Assembly (NCBI RefSeq): GCF_009914755.1
Contig: NC_060927.1
Strand: one strand, 5' to 3'
From: the human T2T-CHM13v2.0 reference genome, Homo sapiens
DNA: 64,000 nt
Shown here: positions 29,200 through 41,711 of the stretch, piece after piece
Numbering within the stretch: position 1 is the stretch's first letter
Layout: each line of letters opens with the position of its first letter
Position numbers and translations under genes: made by a program
The notes under the pieces: generated by a model
Seen by the model: only the letters and a program-made list of their open reading frames with translations
The model's database searches: none
Told to the model about the DNA's origin: nothing

Positions 29200-29839
29200 A
29201 TTTGTCTTTTGGAGAGTCTGCTATCTATGATATAGTAGAAAAAGCAATGGCCCAGATGTAAAGTCTCATATAAAGTTCTTATTTATCTGAATCCCAGGGT
29301 GTGTACATTTAAGAAAATCACACCTAAAACCTGGACATGTCTAGCCCTTCAAAGGAGTTGATGAAGACCAAATGAAATCATATATATGAAGTAGCTCTGA
29401 AAGCCCTAAAATCCTTCCTATACAAATATCACGGAGTATACATGTAATGAGAAAAATGGGATATGAAATCCTGCCTGCCACCTCCAGCATTTTATGAAGG
29501 AAAAACAGAAATTGTGCTTAGGGAATGCTGGCCTATGTACAATGATTTTACTCATTTATTAGTGTTCTACTCATTTAAGGCCCTCTCAGAAGAAAGGGAA
29601 CCATTCCAGAACATATCCTGAAGAGCCTAGCATGATGAGCTACTTCCTACTACCAAAGAAGGTACACAAAAGACTACATTTCAGGACACAGCCATTCACC
29701 AAACCACGGCAGTTCTGTACATAGACCACTTCTGAAGTTCTAGTTACTGAAATGTAAAGGCCAGAGAAAACTTGGCTGGGTTTGAGTGGGAGGTAGGTGG
29801 GTAGACTGGCGGATGGGAAGCTAACCACATTGATGTGTT

Positions 29840-29980
29840 GCCCAATTTAATCTCATAATAACCTTATAAAGTAGGTATTAGTGTTGTTGTTTTACAAAGG
29901 AGGAAACTGAGGCTCAGTGAGACGCTCATCCAAGCTTATTCGCGAAGTATCTGGGGCTAGGATTTAAAGTTCACTCTTTT
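29840..29980 (-). mobile_element. MIR
   Basis: TTTTACAAAGGAGGAAACTGAGGCTCAG core. Confidence 0.75.
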
Positions 29981-31077
29981 TTATGACATTCTAGTACCTA
30001 AGTGATCAGAGACATTTAAGAATGTTCATAGCAGCATAGTTTGTAACAGCAATCAACCAATCATCACAATTTAAACATTTTAAATTTTAAAATGAAAAAT
30101 AAAATCCAATTGTCCCCCAGCATGTGAAACGATAAACCACAGAATATTCAACTGATACAACTAAAAACCAGTAAAATAAATACAATCCCCCAGTCAACAT
30201 GGAAGAGTATAACAATGTGCCAAAAAAAAAAAAAAGTTTCCGTGTAAGTTCTTCTAAAGTTCAAAATCATGTGAAAATAAACATTTTATTCAGCAGATGA
30301 TTAAACCAAAATTCAATTTAGTGGCTTCTTCTTGGGGAGAAAGAGGGTGTGATTAGGAAGGGCACATTTTTTCATTAATGAAATGTTCTATTTCTCAAGC
30401 TAACGGGTATTATTCTTTAAAGAAATATTTTTATACTTTTGAGTGAATTAAATGTGAAATTTTAAAACACAAACACACATTCAAAAAGAATATGGATATC
30501 AAATGCCTAAAGGCTGTCTCTGGAACTTGATCTCAACGTATTTTTCATATTGATTTGTCATTATTATTCTTGCTTAAAGATGTATTAGTTAATTCCACGG
30601 CAGGAAAAGGAGCAATGACAGGCCATACTTTTCTGAAAACCATGGGTAATAGCGTTTGTAAAATTTGTCAGGTAGGTCAAGGGCATAGTTCTTCACTCCA
30701 GGAGGCAAGCACAGTGTCTCTGTCTCCATGATATCCACTCTGCCCCCTCCCACTCGAGCCTAGTCCCTCACCCTTGGCTTGCCTGCACTTGGCCTTGCAA
30801 TCCAGCTTTGCCTCTGTAATCACTCTCTCCTATCACTCATTTCCGGCCAAAAGTCTTGGTTTTCGGACTTTTCATTCAATCCATTTCAGCCCATTCATGA
30901 GTCACTCTTGCCTATGGACAACCAGCACTCCCGGGCACAGGCTTGGCAGGGGAAGATGAATTCAGTGAATTAAGCCAATGAAATCCTTTACGAAAGTCAT
31001 AATGGACCTGACAGGGCTGTTTCTATCCTAAATCCAGGGGTAGCTTGAGATGATATAATGAGAGATCCTCATCTGAG

Positions 31078-31230
31078 GCAGTATTTCTCAAAGTATGTGT
31101 TACAGTGATCAGAATCACCTGGGGCACACGTTAAAAATGCAGATCACTGGGCCCATCCAGAGCATTAGAATAGGAGCATCTGAGAATGGGGCCCAGGATT
31201 TGGCAACTCTGAAAAACACCCCTGATGATA
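31078..31230. mobile_element. MER5 fragment
   Basis: CAGTATTTCTCAAAGT...CAGAATCACCTGGG...AAAAATGCAGAT. Confidence 0.7.
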
Positions 31231-33914
31231 GTTCTGATTCTCTTTGATTTCCCTGTAAAATTGGCATCAAGGAAACCTGCCCTATCAAATATTGGGCTGA
31301 TCTAATCTAATCATGGATACAACTTTGGATGGTGAGCATATGGGTTTTTTGTCAGACAGACACATCACCAACTAGAATGATAAGCAGCAACCAAGTCATG
31401 TTCAGAAAAAAAAAAAGTGCAGAGTCAAGCTTTTCTCATATAGCGGGTGTACTACTTAAATACTGTTCAGATTTTACTCAGTGAAGCCACTCCAACACTA
31501 GGTAGGGGATCAGCATAGATAAAAACAAAGAGAAAATGTTCTCTGCATTTTAAATTACCTGTCTCCATTCTTACTGGCCCAGTCAGATTTATGGAGGTTG
31601 TGGAGGAGGTGGGGAGAATCATATCAAAATTTTTAAACAAAGGTACAAGGGCAGAGGGGACATGTCCACTTAAACAGCCGGCCTGGCCGTATTAGTATCA
31701 ACTCTGCCTTTCTTCTATAGTAGAGTTCCATTAAGATTGAGCCAGAATGGTGTGTCTCTATCCATTTTATTTTGGGCAAAGACAATAGATGTGATTAGAG
31801 CCTTAGTATACTTTTGCTAGATTTTTTTTCTGTAAAAAAGAACTAATGAAGGATTATAAAACCTCCAACTTTCCAAAGTGCTTGAAATGTTACTATTCCT
31901 TCAAATTTATAAAGAGCTTTCATGACCTGAATATCCCAGTCAGGCAAGCATTTGTTCTACTGTTAAAGACCTGGTGAACTGGTATCTTTAAGTTTTATAT
32001 GTGGGAAAACGCACATTCCTGGCATGCAGCCTTAATGGAGGTGCACATAAGATACAAAGCCTTGCCTTGGGAAAATGAACTAGAGACTCAACTAGAAAAC
32101 TTTGTTTCAGACCAGTTAAAAATGTAAAATACAGCTACCATAGAGTTTAATTGTACAGTGGTAGTTTCAGTTTCTGTACCAGGAGACAATTTTTTTGCAT
32201 TTTCTTGGGATAGGCCCACAGCTACAGCCATATTGGACAGATGTTTTTAACTCTAAATGCAATGTAGAATTACCTATCATTTCTTTGCTATGCAGATTGA
32301 ATATTCTGCATGAGCATTCAAAAACGCCTGTTTATAGTCTGAACTTCTTATGTCTATTGTTTTCTACTACCAAATGTACTGTCTACAGATGGAAAACTCA
32401 GTCTTTGATGGGTGGTGAGGAATTGCTCACAACCATCAGTTACACAGAGAGAGACATACTACACATAATGTTGGGAAGGGTTAGATTACACAGTTATCAA
32501 AATATGTACAGGAGCAATCCTCATCTAGAAGTGTTTCAGGGATTCCAAATGATCATACTCAACAGCTGGCCCTATTCGCAAGACTTGGTCAATGGAAAAT
32601 ACTGCTGCTTTTCTCTCCCTTATATTTCCCCACCTTCTCTATTGCCATCTTTGTGAAAGCAGAGTGGCACATTGCCTTATAGTTGCTGCTCCTTATTACC
32701 CTCAATTGACAGCAATGAAAGCAGGCAAGGCGATTAAGCAATGTGGCAGCCCATTGTTGAGTTTACCTTTAAAGACAGCCAAGAGAATTTTAGTGAAGAA
32801 GGGCCAGAGGTGCTTTACAACTAGAGGGAACTGCCATGGAGTATTAATTTTTAAAAGTTAATGACTTCCTTGCAAGATGGGTACTATCAATTTTGAAATT
32901 ATTCTGAATTAAAGGTAATCTGATTTTAGAAAAAGAAAAAACAAACATGCAGAATACACTTATGGAGGTGACCAACCTTTTTAGAGTTGCTTGATTTTGC
33001 CATAACTTGAACTTTTTACAAAAAAGTGCTGAACAGTATTTTTCAATTCCAAAGATTTGATTTTGTGTTAAGAATTTAATACTAAACCACAAACATGCTT
33101 GAGATAACAAGCTGGTGTAAAGCAACTATCTTAAGGCATATGTAAGTCTAGTTTTGGGGTCTGAAAATACCATAAACTCACTGAGCTTGTGCTATAACCA
33201 AATATTCTGGGTAATGGTTGGTATATACGTAACCGTAGATATACGCATATACAGACACACATATGTATACATATATACACATATACACATTTAAGAATTA
33301 CTAATTTTTAGCCTATTATTAGACATTAAACATCACAATTTAATCTTTGGTGATGCAGAAAGCACTGTTTGGTATCCTGCAGAACCTTGGAGTCAACTTT
33401 CTGGTTATGAATCAGTAAGCTTACTAAATGATGAAATATAGCAGTGTCTGAGGGGAGAATTTCCTCTCCACTGGGCTCAGCTTATAGAATTGGGAGTACT
33501 AGAACTACAGCTGGAAGAGGTAGTAAGTACTGATTTTTTTTTGATTGCATCCATAAGAAGTACATGCAATACAAAAAATTTAAGCTCTATTAGGCAACCG
33601 CAATACCCCGAAATAAAAGGTCTAGAGATTAGGCCCAAAGCGTACAGTAGACAAAATGTTTCATAGGGTCCAAATTGAGAGGGACCTTAGCCATGAGATA
33701 GCAGAGTCAGATGTGTTCATCAGCATTCCTACTCGGCACTGCTGTTCATGCATCTCTTAAATTTCTCTTTGTACCTGAATTTGCTTTTATGACCTAACTT
33801 TGCCAGATCAGTAAATTGAACTTTATACTTTTGCATTTTAAGAATCTAAATCTTGTTACACAGTTCCCACCCAACTCCCCACCATTTTAGATTATTACAT
33901 CAGAATGCTAAAAA

Positions 33915-35786
33915 CACTTTTGAAGAAAAAAAGTTTATTTTTATTCATGTATGCAAAGACAGTATCAGCAATAGGCAGAAGCATATTTCTAAGTTTAGAA
34001 TTAATTTTCCATTTTGAAAGGTTCAGGACTTTATCTTTTTTACCCTTACTCTTTTAAATGCTTCACTCCAACAAAGACAAAAATTTATTCCCTTACTTTT
34101 CCTTAAGGTCATATTGGAATAATTAGAAGTAGCTCTTTAGAATATAGATATCATTTATAGTAAGCTGGAGATTTAATCACAGAATGATATGTGTCAGAAT
34201 GTTATAGCACCAAAAAAACTACAGATCATTTTTAAATGGACAAATTCATAGTGCTTTCAATTTCTGAGGTGTAATAAAGCCCTCTTGGGAATTCTAAAGT
34301 TAAAAGACTCTCTCCTTCAGATTCAGAATGAAAATTTTAAGGAATTATAGACCCTAGGGGGCACTAGTAATATGGCTCACAGTAACTACATTAAGTTAGA
34401 ATTTCTACATTTTAGGGAAGAAGTCACTGAAAGAAGGGCCAGAAAGCCGCTTTAAACTCATGTCCATGGCAGATCAAATGGTACTGATACAACTTTTTCC
34501 CTTAGAAAGGTATTATATCCCATTGCTACCGTTCCAGGGTTTGGCCCTTGAACTGCTCTGCTCATACAGCTACTTTCATTCTTTATATCACCAGTTCTAG
34601 GAGCAAACCTCCTCAAAGACTAGTGACAAAGGCTGGAAACGAAAGACTGTGGGTATAGCAAAAGGGCTCTGATGCTCTAGCTGTTTGTCACAATGTAAAA
34701 TGAAGACACCAGCTAATCTAGAAACAATGCTAACTTTTAACTCTAGCACATTCTTAAGATATACTTATTAAACAACTTTTGTGGTTTAGAAATAACCAAA
34801 ACTAACTACTTTGACTCTTCTGGACATATTTTACTTTACAAAAGGAAATATAACAGACTAAATCTATTTATAGCAAGTAACTAATATTTCAATGTTTTTA
34901 TAAAAACAATTCCCTTCAGATACTCTGATTAACCTCTAAGTGACATAAAAAAGTTGCAGCATTCTTTAATACCAATATTTTGCACAATTTGACATACAGC
35001 CAAGTTTAGCATTTCAAAGAAAAAAGTTTTTACAAAAAAGAAGAATGGTGACTCATTGAGAAGCTTATGTACCTAGTAAAGTTTAGTTTGTCTTGGATTC
35101 TTTAAAAAATTAGGCCCAGAATTTTAGTTATCCTAATTACTACCCTAATCAAATAGGATATATATGTGTGGATTCTAGCTAAAAGATAAAATATTTTGAA
35201 TAAACATATGACCCACTGATTGGACTGTTCGCTTTGAATCTGTTTTGCTGGGTTTAGATAAGAAGACTTCAATAAAGCTAACTATATATTGAGTTCCACT
35301 GATTAAAAATGCAGTTTTAAAAATTTTGCTTTTGTGGTAAATTTCTGGAGAAATCATAAATGCAAAGCTCAATACTGTAAATACTGTACTGTTCACAGGT
35401 ACTTGTTGGAGAAGTGAAATGTTTGTATTCAGACCAACAAAATTCTGACCTTTCAAAATAGGTTTTTAAAAACATTTTTTTGAAAATCAGTATTTGCTTT
35501 TAAACACTTAAAATGCCAATTTTTAAAAAATCCTTGCAGATAAATCTTAGTTTCTTTCAGTCTCAATTATTTTTTTACTTTCAACTATATTTCAACACAG
35601 AACCAGTTTCTAAATAAACATCTAATGAAGAACAGTTTAAGATAAAACTAGAGAGTCTAATAATACAACTTATACACAAAGTTTGAGTGTGATTTACCAA
35701 AATTCAGAATTTCTATAATAGTGGAAACCTTTTAGCTTAATATTCAAAACCAGCAACTTCCCATGTAACTAGATAAGCCAGGAGGA
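33915..35786 (-). other. DAZL: DAZL 3'UTR (~1.87 kb, U-rich, no recognisable repeats)
   Basis: Runs from the stop codon to the tandem poly(A) signals; many UUUUAU and GUU motifs on the minus strand. Confidence 0.85.
33934..33945 (-). terminator. Tandem polyadenylation signals AATAAA-AATAAA
   Basis: Plus strand TTTATTTTTATT; a GU/U-rich segment follows on the minus strand. Confidence 0.85.
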
Positions 35787-35840
35787 TCAAACAGATTTAA
35801 GCATTGCCCGACTTCTTCTAAAGTGATGCACTCTTTTATC
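35787..35840 (-). CDS. DAZL: DAZL exon 11 coding part: DKRVHHFRRSRAMLKSV-stop
   Basis: TTCCAG| acceptor; TGA at 35787-35789. Confidence 0.97.
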   Translation of the reverse strand, partial: DKRVHHFRRSRAMLKSV

Positions 35841-36888
35841 CTGGAAAAGACAGAAAGAGTCCTTTTACTTTACTGAAAATTTCTGATTACTACTATAGAT
35901 CTGAAAGTTGTCAAAAACTTAAACCATTTGTTTTGGGTTTAAACATTATAAATAATGAGAAAAAAGATTATTCTTTTTGAGAAGCATTCTTGAACACTGG
36001 GATAACATATATACCAGGATGGCTAGTTTTATTAAACAGTTTAGTTAAAAAAGAAATCAATTAAAAAAAAAGAAATCCCATTAAACTCAGAAATAACAGG
36101 ACTTAGACTCAATATCATTTTATGTACTTCTTAATTAATGATTTTGCAGTAATGTCCCAAAGACAGCTGGTAGAAAATGTAATTCTAAAAAATACTGTTT
36201 TCACTGACTGAACTGCATCTAATAGGAACCACGGCTTGTGAACAGCTCTCCAATCTGAAATTTCATGTTTTTAGGTTAAAAGATGTAAGTTTTGGCATTT
36301 AAAGACATATCATTAACCTGTGAAGATGTATTATTCTTTAGAAAGAAAGAGAAAAATTTTAAATACATGCAAAACTTTCTTTTCACTCTATGTTGCCTAC
36401 AGATGTGCAGAGAGAAAAAAGTGAGAGGCCTTAAAAGGAGAAATGGGACTAAGCAAATGAGTAATAACATAATAGCATTTTATTTTCTACAAAGTTAACT
36501 GTGCCCTTTTCCTAGGACCTCAGTTTCACTGTCATATAAATAAAAGTGGCTTCTGGAAGTTACCTAATCTGTCAAAAGAGTGATATCCTATTTAAGTTAA
36601 AATCTAGAAAACTGGTCACCAACATGTATCTTCACAGGTCACGCAGGAAACAAGATTATGAAGGGACTACAGAATCAAGACAGTGAAGAGTGGAATTAGC
36701 TATGGAAATAGTAAATACATTCAAAAATACCTCATGCATTCAAATTCAATACAACAACATGCAGTCAATCAAAATAGGTCTAGATGTCAGACAACCACAG
36801 GATGCCAACTTCTGATTCGTCTCCCAAACAAGCAGAAAACTCTGGGAGTTTAAAGGGAGTCTTTTGTCTAATACCAGGTGAGAACTCA

Positions 36889-37211
<323 letters not shown>

Positions 37212-37579
37212 CCACAGAAGACTATCTTCTGCTTTGAAAATCATTTAAGTACTACTGTAGACACCTATGTAATCATCAGAACTTTGGGCAAAGTAAGCTG
37301 ATATACAATTTCAGTTCCTTCTTTTCTAAATTATACTATCTATGTAGAATGAAGCAACAAGAGAACAAATGTCAACTTTAAGTATGTTTACTCCCTGTTG
37401 CGAAGATGTTAAGAACTTAATTCTGCTATACGGCTCTACTCTTCTACATTATACAGGAGATCCATAATAATAACCCCTTAAAAAGGCTTAAGCTTCATCC
37501 TATATCCATTCACAGATGAAAAAAAAGCTAGTCTACTTTCTGTTTTAAGACACAAAGTGATGGTTAAACATTTCCTTTT

Positions 37580-38185
37580 GAATGTAAAGTGTGTAGCCAG
37601 TTTTGACAAATTCTGGCAGTTCCACTGAAGGTTAAATATGACTTAGCAATTCCATTCCCAAGTATATACGCAAGAGAAATAAGAACATATGTCCACGTAA
37701 TAACTTGTACATGAATGTTCACAGCATTATTTCTAACAGTTAAAAAGAGGAAATAATCCCAATGTCTTTAACAGATGAATGGATAAACAGAATGAATAAT
37801 AGCCACAAATAAAAAGAAATGAAGTTCTGATACGTGCTAGAATATTGATGAACCTTGAAAATATTATGCTGACTGAAAAAACCGGTCACAAAAGGCCACA
37901 TTATGTATGATTCCATATACATGAAATGTCCAGGACAGGAAAATCCTTAGAGAAAGTAAGTAAATTAGTGGTTGCCTAGGGCTGCACAGGATGGGGGAAA
38001 ATAGCAGGTGACTGCTAAGGTAGGGGGGTGATTTTTGGGGTGATTTAAGTATTCTAAAATTGATTGTGGTCATGGTTACACAACTTTGAATATATGAAAA
38101 ACCAGTGAAATGCAAACTTTAAATAGGTAAATTGTATTACTGGTATCTCAATTATATATTTCAATAAACCTATTATTTAAAAAAC
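37580..38185 (+). mobile_element. L1M 3' fragment in intron 10
   Basis: GCAATTCCATTCC...GAACCTTGAAAATATTATGCT motifs. Confidence 0.8.
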
Positions 38186-38562
38186 ACCTTCCCTTTACTA
38201 ACCGTAATATTTCTCTCCCATTGGACTGACCAAGTTAGTTCTTTTTCCTATTCATAGACTTAGAACTACAGGGACCCAGAAACCTTTAGTCCTGTACCTT
38301 CTCATTTTAGACTTGTAAAAACTGGAGTCTTAATAAGATTTATCTATCCAACATGGATAGACGGCGGGATCAGAAATCAGATTTTTCTGGAATTCAACTA
38401 CCCACATTCTCTTCCACTTTACCAACTCTGTCTGAATCAACCTCCAATTCTTTCTACTCAACATTTTACTGCTTCACTTTACCCCTTTTCTCCCTTCACA
38501 CTGTTCAGGTATATCTTCTGAGTAAACCATTTCTTTTCTTCTCTATAGTCCAATATGCATGT

Positions 38563-38863
38563 ATTTTTTTTTTTTTTGAGACAAGGTCTCACTCTGTTGC
38601 CCAGGCTGGAGTACAGTGGCACAATCATGGCTCAATGCAGACTCAACTTCCCAGGCTCAAGCAATCCTCCTACCTCAGCCTCCCTCTGAAGTAGCTGGGA
38701 CTACAGGCGTGCACCATCACAACTGGCTAAGTTTTGTATTTTTTGTAGAGATGGGGTTTTGCCATGTTGCCCAGGGTGGTCTCGAACTCCTGAGCTCAAG
38801 CAATCCACCCATCTCAGCCCCCAAAAGTGCTGGGATTACAGGCGTGAGCCACTGCACCCAGCC
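38563..38863 (-). mobile_element. AluJ in intron 10
   Basis: Reverse-complement dimer with poly-T. Confidence 0.92.
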
Positions 38864-39179
38864 AAGATCTGCTTTCTGTATCTAAAATTTTCTTTTACTA
38901 TTTGGTCAAGCCAGTCAACTAACTCTTCTCTAGTTAACCCTTTCAATTACAAATTTCTGCTGAAGGATTCTTCCCTAAAGATAACTACATTATGTCAAGG
39001 TTCAGCAGCAGAAAATATACTGCCAGGTAAAACCCACTCTGGTTTACTGTGTTATAGTCAAATGCCAACAGTTAATTAAATGCTCTAAGAAATCTCAAAA
39101 TACATATACCACAAGGAAAACAGATACTTTAAAGCTAACAAGTGTGCTTTTTAATTGTGCGTAACTGTTATATTCATAC

Positions 39180-39278
39180 CTTGAAGTAGTCATCTTGAGT
39201 AACAACAGAGTTTCTCAGTCTGTTCTCTGGATTAAACAGACAAGATACCACCGTTTGTATGCTTCGGTCCACAGATTT
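39180..39278 (-). CDS. DAZL: DAZL exon 10 (99 nt): KSVDRSIQTVVSCLFNPENRLRNSVVTQDDYFK
   Basis: TTTCAG| and |GTATGA. Confidence 0.97.
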
Positions 39279-39404
39279 CTGAAACACAGAAGTTTTCAGT
39301 AATGTAAAGACGACTCTTTCACTCACTCTTAGTAAGGGTTTTTTTTTGATAGTTTAATGAATATATTACTTTATTTCTAAAGAAATGCAAAAAATGCTAA
39401 AAGA

Positions 39405-39716
39405 GACTGGGAGTGGTGGCTCACGCCTGTAATCCCAGCACTTTAGGAGGCCAAGGCAGGAGGATTCCTGCCTCCTCCTGAGGTCAGGAATTCAAGACCA
39501 GCCTGGCCAATATGGTGAAACCCCATCTCTACTAAAAAAATACAAATATCAGCTGGGCATAGTGGCGGGTGCCTGTAATCTCAGCTACTCAGGAGGCTGA
39601 GGCAGGGAGAATTGCTTGAATCCAGGAGGTGGAAATTGCAGTGAGCCAAGATCACACCACTGCACTCCAGCCTGGGCAACACAGCGAGACTCTGTCTTGG
39701 GGGAAAAAAAAAAAAG
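39405..39716 (+). mobile_element. AluS in intron 9
   Basis: Full dimer with A tail. Confidence 0.92.
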
Positions 39717-40503
39717 AAATTCATAAAAATGTGATTCATAATTCTTACCACGTATCACTCAATATGCAAGTTTTCTGACAAAGATTTTAGAACCTTAGTG
39801 ATAGAATACTGGTTTAAAAAGCTGAATTTGTTAAATCCCTAAGTGAACTCCAATGTTTCAAGAAAAAATATTCAGGACAAAACCTGAAAATTACACTGTA
39901 AGCTATTTTAATATTTATTCGCATTTTAAAATCGAGTATCAAATCAAGGAATTTACACTCCAATGGGACTTCAGTGTTATACATATTACCAACACATCAA
40001 CTACTTCTACACTCCCGCTCATTTAAGAGAACATATGTGATTCAAGAGTGATAGTATTATTATGGAAATTTGCTCTAATGATAAAAAGAAGAAAGAACCC
40101 TGCCTAATTCAATATTTGAATAATTATTACTGACTTCACCACTGTTGGGAACTACTGCCATATATAATGTTACAGAGAGAATGCCGTAAGTAATGTGTTT
40201 CACTGTTTAAGTAAATATCAAAATTATAAAAGAAAAGGTACATGTAATTCGTACCAATTCCTCTTTTGAAGAGTAGAATTCTTGAGGAAACCTTCCCATA
40301 ACATTCTGCCAAATCCTATTAATATAGTATTTATTGAAGTATGGTTTTTAAAAATTAGTGGAACTGGAATATAGGAAAGGACTGCTGAATCAGAAACTTT
40401 ATGTATACATTGAAAATTTGGGCTATCTGAAATTTCACCAACCTTTACATTAACTGCTGAATATTAGTCAATTATTTAAGATCTATAATTTATGGCTCCT
40501 ATC

Positions 40504-40705
40504 TTGCCCAGGGTGGTCTCGAACTCCTGAGCTCAAGCAATCCACCCATCTCAGCCCCAAAAAGTGCTGGGATTACAGGCGTGAGCCACTGCACCCAGCC
40601 AAGATCTGCTTTCTGTATCTAAAATTTTCTTTTACTATTTGGTCAAGCCAGTCAACTAACTCTTCTCTAGTTAACCTTTTCAATTACAAATTTCTGCTGA
40701 AGGAT
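40504..40705 (+). repeat. 202-bp direct copy of 38767-38968 (partial AluJ plus unique flank)
   Basis: Base-by-base comparison shows only 2 substitutions. Confidence 0.95.
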
Positions 40706-40782
40706 GATTGCTTCTCAAAAAACCATTATTAAAACTAGAAAAAATAAATATGAAATATATATAAACAAAATTAGATGTTTGC

Positions 40783-40896
40783 CTTTTGTGGGCCATTTCC
40801 AGAGGGTGGAGTAGCTTCATGAACTGAACATTCATTTGGCACAACTTCAGCTCCTGGATCAACTTCATTACAGTGGTAGTTAACAGCTGAATAAGC
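40783..40896 (-). CDS. DAZL: DAZL exon 9 (114 nt): AYSAVNYHCNEVDPGAEVVPNECSVHEATPPSGNGPQK
   Basis: ATATAG| acceptor; the donor has to be AAG|GCAAAC (GC-AG intron) to give ...PQK-KSV... Confidence 0.93.
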
Positions 40897-41660
40897 CTAT
40901 ATTTAAAATAATGAAAGTGTAATTAAACAGATATACAGATATATTTAAAAGCCACTTATTCTTCAAAAAGCTAAGCTGGTATCAAAAGTTTCAATGTAGG
41001 TTGTGTTGAAATTCAATTATATTATTTCAAAAACTTTGTTTTAAATGAACAGTTGAAATACAGTAAGGCAGCCTTCTGTTTTAGAATGTCTTTAAGGCAT
41101 CAACATAATCAGAAGTAGAAGAACTCTAAGAAACTAATGTAGTAAGAGAGTGTTTGAGAATTTTAACACTTATTATATCCTTCAAATTTCCAATCCTGAT
41201 AAAAGACAGCAGCTTGGGTGTTTTAGACGTAATACTCTTGTTTTATTCCTATTTTTATTTAACAGTAATTAACAGCAAAACATTTCTGTTCCTCTTCAAC
41301 AGTTTTTTTTATGGCTGGTAAAGCCAGAGGCAGAGTCTAGGCAGATACATGCTAATTCTAAAGCCACATTAATACTACCTTTCCTGAATTATATAGTCTA
41401 TCAACAAGTAACTGAACACTTATCATTATGTGGACCAGCCATTGCTTAAGCACACAAAAACCTGAGAGAAGAAGGCACTGTTGCTCGCATGGGAGTTTCT
41501 AACTGGGTTAAAAAGAAAGTAACAAAATGTAACACATTAATACAAAAAACTATTTAAAAATATAGGCATATATGACATGGAAAACAATCAAGAAATATAG
41601 TTAAACAAAAAAAAATACTTTAAAATAACAGGAATTATATGTTTGGCTAATTCACTTTAC

Positions 41661-41711
41661 CGGAGGTACAACATAGCTCCTTTGCTCCCCAACAGGCCAC
41701 TGTGGTGGCAT
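41661..41711 (-). CDS. DAZL: DAZL exon 8 (51 nt): MPPQWPVGEQRSYVVPP
   Basis: Poly-T tract then TAAG| acceptor; |GTAAAG donor. Confidence 0.96.

Noticed and set aside
32195-32656. 153-aa plus-strand ORF
   Set aside because: TTG start, no recognisable domain, overlaps a MER5-like remnant; consistent with chance.
34249-34258. miR-302/372-type site in the 3'UTR
   Set aside because: AAAGCACUA is only an offset partial match, not the canonical AGCACUU seed match.
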